From Candidatus Moraniibacteriota bacterium (lineage in GTDB: Bacteria; Patescibacteriota; Minisyncoccia; Moranbacterales; UBA2206): a stretch of 59,654 nucleotides of DNA. A program made the translations under genes and the position numbers. Below the pieces are notes generated by a model. It did not search any database. It saw only the letters and a program-made list of their open reading frames with translations, and was not told where the DNA came from. Location of the stretch: positions 1-59,654 of the forward strand of contig JBAQNP010000005.1 of the NCBI GenBank assembly GCA_049303905.1, in the 5' to 3' direction. This document shows, one piece after another, positions 53,009 to 59,654 of the stretch. Each line of letters starts with the position of its first letter. Position 1 is the stretch's first letter.

Positions 53009-53293
53009 TTGGATATAGTTACTATGTCCAAAAGAATTGCCAGCATTCCAACCGAAATAATATCAAAAATAGCCAATGAGCAGATATGCGATAATTTATA
53101 TACTAGATATATGATAACTAAATTATTAAAATTGATAAGTTGCGATTACGGTAAGGTCTCCACTCCAACTGTGTTTTTTGATTTACCAGCAAGAGAAAAG
53201 AAGAAAGTTATAAAAAAAGCCATTCATTTAGCCAATAAAGATCAACTTTCTTTAATCAATAAAGTCATAAAAAAAAGAAAGCTAAAAAAATAA
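53009..53293 (+). CDS. hypothetical basic protein bracketed by the 48-bp direct repeats
   Basis: 94-aa ORF with a TTG start (alternative ATG at 53024, MSKRIASIPTE...), a Lys-rich C-terminus and its own terminator. Confidence 0.45.
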   Translation: MDIVTMSKRIASIPTEIISKIANEQICDNLYTRYMITKLLKLISCDYGKVSTPTVFFDLPAREKKKVIKKAIHLANKDQLSLINKVIKKRKLKK

Positions 53294-53320
53294 TTTACTA
53301 CACTTTCTACAAACAAAATT

Positions 53321-53342
53321 CCGCCATCTGGCGGTTTTTTTG
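53321..53342 (+). terminator. intrinsic terminator
   Basis: ccgccatctggcggtttttttt. Confidence 0.75.
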
Positions 53343-53346
53343 TTAA

Positions 53347-53394
53347 TTTTTCCTCATATATATTCCCATATACTCACATAGATAAAAATATCAT
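53347..53394 (+). repeat. 48-bp direct repeat, copy 2
   Basis: tttttcctcatatatattcccatatactcacatagataaaaatatcat. Confidence 0.85.
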
Positions 53395-53412
53395 TAAATA
53401 TAAGATTTGCTA

Positions 53413-53667
53413 TTATTTTTTGTAAAATAGTTTCAACATCAGCAAGGAAAGTGTAAAAGTAGCTTCGATAGAAGTGAAAATCATTATTGGAAGACTTTTA
53501 ATGCCAATGCCGTAAATTATAAACAAAATTAACCCAACCAGAAGCAACGAATTCCATAAAAGCGAAATATCCTCCGTTGATTTAGTCTTCCAAGATTTAA
53601 TAACTTGCGGAATTAGTGCAGATGCTATTATCCCTGCTCCAATATGCCCAAATATTTCTATATTCAT
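53413..53667 (-). CDS. SemiSWEET / PQ-loop transporter
   Basis: 84-aa ORF with three TMs and the PQ motif ALIPQVIKSWKTKSTEDIS. Confidence 0.75.
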   Translation of the reverse strand: MNIEIFGHIGAGIIASALIPQVIKSWKTKSTEDISLLWNSLLLVGLILFIIYGIGIKSLPIMIFTSIEATFTLSLLMLKLFYKK

Positions 53668-53671
53668 AATG

Positions 53672-55432
53672 TTATATCCAACTGTTAATATATTTCAAAA
53701 AAATATTCTGTTGCTTAATTAAATAATCCCCCATTACCAAATAATCAATCTTACTTTTTTTGAAAGTATCAATTGCATCTTGTGGACTGCAAACAATTGG
53801 TTCTTGGATGTTGAAAGAAGTATTAAGCAAAATAGGAACTCCTGTTAAATTTTTGAATTCCGATATTAATTTATGATATTTTGGAGAATATTTTTTACTA
53901 ACCATTTGAATTCTGCTTGTGCTATCAATATGCACGACTGCAGGAATCAATTTCTTCTTTTTACTATTAGCATTAAAAGCGGCCAGCATATACTTTCCAG
54001 CATCGGGAATGTTTTTCCCAAGTTCAAACCAATTGCCTGCATCTTCTTCCAATACACTTGGGCAAAGCGGTCTAAATTCTTCTCGAAACTTTACTTTTTT
54101 ATTAATTGTTTTTAGCATAGCAGGATTTCTCGGATCACCAAGGATACTTCGATGTCCTAATGCGCGCGGGCCAACTTCCATTGCTCCCTGAAACCACGCC
54201 ACGATATTTCCATCTGCCAATAACTGTGCAGATTTTTTTTCTACATTGTTAATTTTTTCAAATTTAAGTTTGGATTTTTTCAATGCAACAAGAATTTCCT
54301 TGTCGGAATATTCTACTCCCAAATAAGCATGTGAAAAAGCTTTTGGTTTTTCTTGCTTTAAAATATTTGTCCACAAATAATATGCTGCGCCGATTGATCC
54401 GCCCGCATCATTTGATAATGGATGAATATAAATATCCTTAAAAATTTTTTGATAAATAATTCTTGCATTAGTGACACAGTTTAGTGCTACGCCACCAGAC
54501 ATACATAAATAGTTGTGTCCTGTTTCTTCCCTGAGAAATTTTGCTAAATTTATCACTATCTTATCAGTAATTTCTTGAAGAGAAGCTGACAAATCAATAT
54601 ATTTTTGATATTCTTTATCTATTTTTTTAATAGGTTGATCTAATTTTTTTAGTCCGAATAATCTTTCTATTTCTGCATAATTTTCATTGCGAAATTGCAT
54701 AATACTATCATCGATAGTAAAAAATCCATTTCCATCCATCTTAACTATTTGCTCAAATTCTTTTCTATAAACTTCAGGATTTCCATAGGAAGATAAGCCC
54801 ATAGTCTTAGCTGCATCATAAGCGCTAAAACCTATAAATTTAGATAATTTTTCCCACAAAAATCCCAAAGAATTTGGATAGTTAATGGATTTTATTTTTT
54901 CAAATTTTCCATTTTTTACATCATAAAAAGAAGTTGATTCATATTCACCTATTCCATCAATAACTAAAACTGCTGAATTTTCAAATCCGGAAGAATAGTA
55001 TGCTCCAGAGGCATGACAATCATGATGATTTAGATAAAAAAATTCCCCTGCAAATCCAAGCTTCTTGAGCTTATCTTTTAAATTAATATTTTTTTTATAA
55101 AAAATATTTTCTCCTTTTTCCGTACCAAAATCACCTTCAGCTATTTCATAATCATGCTTATAGTTTTCATGAAATTTCAATCTTTTTTCCGGATTAAAAT
55201 TATAAGCAATGTAATCAACATCTGCTAACTTTATTTTTGCTTTTCTCAGACAATATTTAATTGATTCCATCGGCAGTTTATCCGAATTATCAACCATAGC
55301 CGATTTTCCATGTTTTATACGATTAAATCTTTCTTCTTCGGAAAAAGCAACTAATTCACCATTTTTTATGATACAAACCGATGATTCATGGTAAACCGAA
55401 TTAAGCCCAATTATGTATTTATCTTTTTTCAT
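53672..55432 (-). CDS. carbamoyltransferase (NodU/CmcH family)
   Basis: The start is moved to MKKDKYIIGLNSVYHESSVCIIKNGELVAFSEEERFNRIKHGK. The C-terminal domain has ..GAMEVGPRALGHRSILGDPR.. and ..VVHIDSTSRIQ.. Confidence 0.9.
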   Translation of the reverse strand: MKKDKYIIGLNSVYHESSVCIIKNGELVAFSEEERFNRIKHGKSAMVDNSDKLPMESIKYCLRKAKIKLADVDYIAYNFNPEKRLKFHENYKHDYEIAEGDFGTEKGENIFYKKNINLKDKLKKLGFAGEFFYLNHHDCHASGAYYSSGFENSAVLVIDGIGEYESTSFYDVKNGKFEKIKSINYPNSLGFLWEKLSKFIGFSAYDAAKTMGLSSYGNPEVYRKEFEQIVKMDGNGFFTIDDSIMQFRNENYAEIERLFGLKKLDQPIKKIDKEYQKYIDLSASLQEITDKIVINLAKFLREETGHNYLCMSGGVALNCVTNARIIYQKIFKDIYIHPLSNDAGGSIGAAYYLWTNILKQEKPKAFSHAYLGVEYSDKEILVALKKSKLKFEKINNVEKKSAQLLADGNIVAWFQGAMEVGPRALGHRSILGDPRNPAMLKTINKKVKFREEFRPLCPSVLEEDAGNWFELGKNIPDAGKYMLAAFNANSKKKKLIPAVVHIDSTSRIQMVSKKYSPKYHKLISEFKNLTGVPILLNTSFNIQEPIVCSPQDAIDTFKKSKIDYLVMGDYLIKQQNIFLKYINSWI

Positions 55433-55442
55433 TTTATTTTTA

Positions 55443-56495
55443 TTATATATTATATTCAAAAATGTAAGGGTATACTTCGAATTTTTTACCCATTGAAGAT
55501 TTGTATAGATGTTGCGATTCGATATCATTACTACTTAAATTCAAATAGGTATATCCTAACATTTTAGCTTTTACTGCTAAGCGATAGAACAAATATTGAA
55601 TCATCCCAGGAAATTCCGTATCGCAAAAACTGGCATTTACGCCTAAGGCGCTGGTGCTAATTGGATAGGCAGAAGTGAATGCCACTGGCTGGTCATTCAA
55701 AAATGTGAGATAGCAAAATAAATTTTTGTTATCTGCTTTTCCAGCATATTCTTCCAAAAAATGAGGATAATAAACATCCGCCATCCATTTTTTTATTTTC
55801 TCGACTTCATTATTTTTTTTAAATTGCTCGGCAGTTCGCTTGGCAATATCAAGACTCCATTTGTCAACTAGTTTTTCAAAAGGTTCCTTCAGGTCATTGG
55901 ATAAATTTTCTTCTCGCATTTCACATTCATTCAAAAATATTTTCTTATTTATCATTTTTATATGTTTTTTGAATGCGGTCATCGTCAATTCTGTTGGCAA
56001 TCCATAAGTAGCTTGAATAATATTATCCACATCACAAATTATCTCTGGATATTTATCATCATCTAATTCATTGAAATCATCGCTTTTTTTCATAGGTATT
56101 TCTTCGATGCTATTTTTCACTAGATAGTCCCGATTTTCTTCGCCATAAACTTTTTTGATGGTAATTTTTTCATTCAAAACTTTTGCTAGTTCTTTTACTA
56201 CGAATGGCACACTCTCTATGGCTTTTATGCCAAGCGGTAAATAAATATAATTTGGCGTTTCACCTCCCCAAGTCGGAGCAATGGTTATTAGGTGTTCTTT
56301 TTGCTTGTCAAAATATTTAATGCCTTTACCATTGGTAATTTGACTAATAAAAACCCAGTTTCGGCAATAGTGATAGGGGTATTTTTTTGCTTCACATTTA
56401 AAAAACTCTTCGTAGAGTTTTTGATCTTCATTGGTAATTCTTGAGCAATTAGGAATACTCTCAATAATTTTATCTTGGATTGTTTTTTCTGACAT
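55443..56495 (-). CDS. hypothetical protein, possibly a GNAT-fold (DUF2156/Fem-like) acyl- or aminoacyl-transferase
   Basis: 350-aa ORF lying 10 nt upstream of the carbamoyltransferase. The C-terminal part (VAFTSAYPIS...GMIQYLFYRLAVKAKMLGYTYLNLSSND) looks GNAT-like by eye. The family call is weak. Confidence 0.5.
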   Translation of the reverse strand: MSEKTIQDKIIESIPNCSRITNEDQKLYEEFFKCEAKKYPYHYCRNWVFISQITNGKGIKYFDKQKEHLITIAPTWGGETPNYIYLPLGIKAIESVPFVVKELAKVLNEKITIKKVYGEENRDYLVKNSIEEIPMKKSDDFNELDDDKYPEIICDVDNIIQATYGLPTELTMTAFKKHIKMINKKIFLNECEMREENLSNDLKEPFEKLVDKWSLDIAKRTAEQFKKNNEVEKIKKWMADVYYPHFLEEYAGKADNKNLFCYLTFLNDQPVAFTSAYPISTSALGVNASFCDTEFPGMIQYLFYRLAVKAKMLGYTYLNLSSNDIESQHLYKSSMGKKFEVYPYIFEYNI

Positions 56496-56508
56496 AATTA
56501 TTTTTTTG

Positions 56509-56576
56509 TGGAGAGAGAAAGATTTGCGCTTTCACTCCAAGCAAAGTGCTCATGTGCTACTTTACACTATCTCCCC
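56509..56576 (-). ncRNA. 68-nt cloverleaf-like (tRNA-like) element, not a canonical tRNA
   Basis: The minus strand reads GGGGAGAuaGUGUaaaguaGCACauGAGCAcuuUGCUUggaguGAAAGcgcaaauCUUUCUCUCUCCa. It has a 7-bp acceptor-like stem with a G-U at the third pair, a 4-bp D-like stem, a 5-bp/3-nt middle hairpin and a 5-bp T-like stem with a 7-nt loop. It ends 13 nt before the ATG at 56495. Confidence 0.3.
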
Positions 56577-56744
56577 ATATTTATAATTTTATTATAAATT
56601 AAACATAAAAATTATACAATAGATTATTTTTAAAAATTTTTACTTCACTCAGATTCACTTGAACCATTCAAACGAACCTAAGAAAGTTGGGAAATGCTAG
56701 TCTTAGCAATTTCCCAGATTTTTTGTTATTAGCGAGTTTTATTT

Positions 56745-57287
56745 TTAGGCCGACTCGCTTTCACCTTGTTCATTTAGATTTTTTTTATATCGATAGTATG
56801 GAGCACCAAATGAATACTCCAACATCCCATCCTCCAGCCCGATAATGTCGATACCAAAACACTCCTCACTGGATAACCATTTTAAAATTTTACATCGATA
56901 GTTATCCCTTTCGTCAACTTTCACACAATAAATTGTTTCGTTATAATTATTACCGTTTTTATCTACTAGCATAAAAACGGCCATTTTTCTATCATTATCA
57001 GCAAATATATCCGAGAAGCATGTGGTGTGGTAAGACAATAATTTTTTGTAAATAGGCGCTTGAACATCACCCATAAAAGTCTCGACCTTTACTAGGGGCA
57101 CATTATCTTCTATGTATCGAATTTTATACCCCAGCTCAGCAACTATGTCTTCTATTCTTGAGTCTGGGATAATTTTCCCTTCTACATTAGTAACAAACCC
57201 CCAACCTCCCTTTGGATTGTTAATTCCCGTAATGTGAAACTCTAATAACACCTTCTTGTAATTATACATAGAACAATAAATTCTCAT
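56745..57287 (-). CDS. hypothetical protein
   Basis: 180-aa ORF with no motif recognised. Confidence 0.55.
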   Translation of the reverse strand: MRIYCSMYNYKKVLLEFHITGINNPKGGWGFVTNVEGKIIPDSRIEDIVAELGYKIRYIEDNVPLVKVETFMGDVQAPIYKKLLSYHTTCFSDIFADNDRKMAVFMLVDKNGNNYNETIYCVKVDERDNYRCKILKWLSSEECFGIDIIGLEDGMLEYSFGAPYYRYKKNLNEQGESESA

Positions 57288-57515
57288 TTTTCTCTCCTTA
57301 TGTGCCTATGTTAAGTTTTAAAAAAACTTCTTTATTCTTTGCAATAAATCTATTTTATTGCAATATCGTATTATAAGCTAAAATAACCTTTTTGGCAATA
57401 GTTGTGTTAATTTTGTTTAGATTATTTTTTCGCTAAAATTTAATTTTGGCTTATATATAGACAAAATAAGCTATATATTCTATACTCTAAATAACGACGG
57501 AAATAGCGTTATTAT

Positions 57516-58304
57516 ATGCAAAATATACTTATTCAAAAACTAATCGACGCTGGCCTAGAAGAAAAAGAAGCTATTCTTTATATAGCTATCTTAGAATTGG
57601 GCGAAGCTACTATTGCCAAAATCAGCCAAAAATCAAACATTAAGCGCTCAACTGTTTATGACACATTAGAAAAACTCAAAAAAATTGGAATGATAAGCCA
57701 AACAAACAAAGGGAAAAGACCCATTTTCCTAGCAGAAAACCCTGAAAAACTAATAGAGTCACTAGAAACAAAAAAAAGAACTCTTCAAGAATCCATGCCG
57801 GAAATCCTTTCAATTATGAATTTGCTCGATAAAAAGCCAAGAATACGATATTTCGAAGGACTTGCTGGAGTCAAGGAAGTTTTTGAAGATACCCTGAAAT
57901 ATCCAGATCAGGAAATTCTTACCTGGTTCCCCTACCCTTATATAAACCTAGGAGAAGAATATTTTTCAGACTATTATCATCCGGAACGAAATAAGAAAAA
58001 AATCTGGGTTCGTGCTATTGTTCCTGATACTAAAAAAAATCGTGAGTTTGCTGAAGAAATTGGAAAAACAACGGCAACTAGAACAAAATTCGTATCAGAT
58101 GAATTGTTTAATAAATTTGATATTGAAATAAAGATATACGGAAAAATTAAGTTTGGAATAATCTCCTACAAAGAAAGCCTTGGAATTATCATAGAAAGCC
58201 AAAAGATACATGAAGGAATGAAAGCAATTTTCGAAGGAATGTGGAATTTGCTTCCGGACAAACCAGAAAATAATCACGAAAAGCTTACAGAAAATGAATT
58301 TTAA
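57516..58304 (+). CDS. TrmB-family transcriptional regulator
   Basis: Has an N-terminal wHTH LIDAGLEEKEAILYIAILELGEATIAKISQKSNIKRSTVYDTLEKLKKIGMI and a TrmB-like C-domain. Confidence 0.8.
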   Translation: MQNILIQKLIDAGLEEKEAILYIAILELGEATIAKISQKSNIKRSTVYDTLEKLKKIGMISQTNKGKRPIFLAENPEKLIESLETKKRTLQESMPEILSIMNLLDKKPRIRYFEGLAGVKEVFEDTLKYPDQEILTWFPYPYINLGEEYFSDYYHPERNKKKIWVRAIVPDTKKNREFAEEIGKTTATRTKFVSDELFNKFDIEIKIYGKIKFGIISYKESLGIIIESQKIHEGMKAIFEGMWNLLPDKPENNHEKLTENEF

Positions 58305-58318
58305 GCTATAATATAGTT

Positions 58319-58837
58319 ATGAAAAAGAAAATTGAAACTTCAAAAGAAAACTTACGAGTACTTGGAATTGATCCTGGGACGGCCACGACTGGTTGGGCGA
58401 TACTCTGCGAAAAAGACGGCAAAATGGAACCCTTGGCTTATGGCCATATCGCCACTTCTCCTGAAAAATCCGACGAAGATAGAATATTTGAAATATCCCA
58501 TGATTTGAAAAATATAATTGAAAAATACCAGCCCACCGAGGCGGGCGTGGAAGAAATTTTCTTCTTTAAGAATCAAAAAACTGTGATTACTGTCGCTCAA
58601 GCTAGAGGGGCGATTCTCTTGACTTTATGCCAAAATAATGTTAGAGTAGCTAGCTATACTCCCCTCCAAGTCAAACAAGCTTTGACAGGCTACGGCCGAG
58701 CGGAAAAAAAGCAAGTGCAACTAATGACTAAAAATATTTTAAATCTAGTAGATTTGCCAAAACCGGATGACACAGCCGATGCGATTGCAATTGCGCTTTG
58801 CCACATTAATAGTCGAAAACTGAAAAATTTAAGATAA
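58319..58837 (+). CDS. ruvC: Holliday junction resolvase RuvC
   Basis: VLGIDPGTATTGWAI, EEIFFFKNQKT and PDDTADAIAIALCH are present. Confidence 0.93.
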   Translation: MKKKIETSKENLRVLGIDPGTATTGWAILCEKDGKMEPLAYGHIATSPEKSDEDRIFEISHDLKNIIEKYQPTEAGVEEIFFFKNQKTVITVAQARGAILLTLCQNNVRVASYTPLQVKQALTGYGRAEKKQVQLMTKNILNLVDLPKPDDTADAIAIALCHINSRKLKNLR

Positions 58838-58910
58838 TTTTTCATAAATTTTCAATTCACAATTTTCAATTTTCAATCAATTTTCAAATAATTAATTTTC
58901 AATAAAAAAA

Positions 58911-59561
58911 ATGAATACTAGTCCAATAATTGATTTCTTTCTCGGCCAAGGCGTGCCTTTTGCTACAGTCATTTTGATTCTTATGCTTCCGATAATTGCT
59001 ACTTTCATCGCCTTTTTGCGCCAAGTAGTGGGAATTAAAGCTTTTGGTATTTATGCTCCGCTAATTGTGACTTTTGCCTTTTTAGCTACTAATGGACTCA
59101 AATACGGTATTGCAATTTTTGTCACTGTTATTTTCTCTGGAATGTTGATGCGTTTTGTTCTAAAGCCTTTTCGCCTGCTCTACCTTCCTCGAGTAGCTAT
59201 TATGCTCACTGTGGTAGCAATGCTAATTTTGGGAATTTTAGTTATTGGTGGAGAATTTAAAAGAACGGGATTAGCGGCTGTTTCTATTTTTCCCATTCTT
59301 ATTATGATAACAATTGTAGAAAAATTTGTAGCAGTGCAAATTGAGAAAGGAGACTTGGCTGCGATAAAACTAGCTATTGAAACTTTAGTTATTTCTATTG
59401 TCGGTTTTTTTATCGCAAGCTCCAGCACTCTTATTCATTTTTTAGCTCTTTATCCTTGGATAGTATTTCTCACTATTCCAGTTAATATCCTACTTGGAAA
59501 ATGGACAGGACTACGCGTTAGTGAATATTTTCGCTTCCGCAAAATAATGAAAAATCTATAA
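58911..59561 (+). CDS. 7-TM membrane protein (the type found next to ATP-grasp ligase genes)
   Basis: 216-aa ORF with about 7 hydrophobic segments. An ATP-grasp-type N-terminus follows immediately. Confidence 0.6.
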   Translation: MNTSPIIDFFLGQGVPFATVILILMLPIIATFIAFLRQVVGIKAFGIYAPLIVTFAFLATNGLKYGIAIFVTVIFSGMLMRFVLKPFRLLYLPRVAIMLTVVAMLILGILVIGGEFKRTGLAAVSIFPILIMITIVEKFVAVQIEKGDLAAIKLAIETLVISIVGFFIASSSTLIHFLALYPWIVFLTIPVNILLGKWTGLRVSEYFRFRKIMKNL

Positions 59562-59566
59562 TTTTT

Positions 59567-59654
59567 ATGTTTGAATTTTTTAAATTAAGCCGACAAATAC
59601 TCGGAATGAATGCACGGAACCTGGATTATATCCGGCCTTTTAATCGATCGCGCG
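59567..59654 (+). CDS. alpha-L-glutamate-ligase-like ATP-grasp protein, N-terminal fragment (cut by the window)
   Basis: MFEFFKLSRQILGMNARNLDYIRPFNRSR. The GMNARN..YI motif is typical of this family. Only 29 codons are visible. Confidence 0.5.
   Translation, partial: MFEFFKLSRQILGMNARNLDYIRPFNRSR

Noticed and set aside
55433-55528. A longer start for the carbamoyltransferase at 55528.
   Set aside because: It overlaps the end of the upstream gene. The conserved N-terminus of the family (..IIGLN..H.SS..I..G..V....EERF.R.KH) begins at the ATG at 55432.
56509-56576. Calling this element a tRNA-Ala gene, because of the G-U at the third acceptor pair and a UGC in the middle arm.
   Set aside because: The anticodon arm cannot form a 5-bp stem with a 7-nt loop. 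D- and T-loop invariants are missing and the length is only 68 nt. I report it only as a tRNA-like structure of uncertain meaning.

Overview
This is an AT-rich, gene-dense bacterial chromosome segment. By eye most lines are about one third G+C. Native genes are compact and lack Shine-Dalgarno sequences, and the window holds a sortase/LPXTG pair, a type-IV-pilus-type ATPase and many small secreted or membrane proteins. I infer a Patescibacteria/CPR-like organism from this. Recognisable core genes are uvrA-uvrC, lexA, rfbC-rfbB, rplU, recR, dnaB, tsaE, ruvB, a yebC-family regulator, ruvC, an ABC exporter pair and a NodU/CmcH carbamoyltransferase. Accessory content falls into five groups. (1) A small defence/mobile island at about 12.3-18.5 kb holds a solitary HepT toxin abutted by an IS with perfect 17-bp inverted repeats, an AAA ATPase plus RloB-like pair, a RhuM remnant, a DUF262-HNH nuclease, a TPR protein and an AbrB-like protein. 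(2) A second IS (Harbinger/IS5-like) lies at 39.9-40.9 kb. (3) A surface-protein region at 23-33 kb includes a compositionally foreign GC-rich two-gene insert and a 1257-aa membrane protein ending in a GT2 domain. (4) A covalently duplicated PilB/GspE ATPase of 1015 aa is present. (5) At least seven families of short palindromic or low-complexity dispersed repeats occur. Several of these sit in frame inside uvrA, uvrC, tsaE and other ORFs, which resembles Rickettsia palindromic elements. I found no rRNA, canonical tRNA or CRISPR array. All calls rest on reading the sequence and the supplied ORF translations, and no database search was possible.
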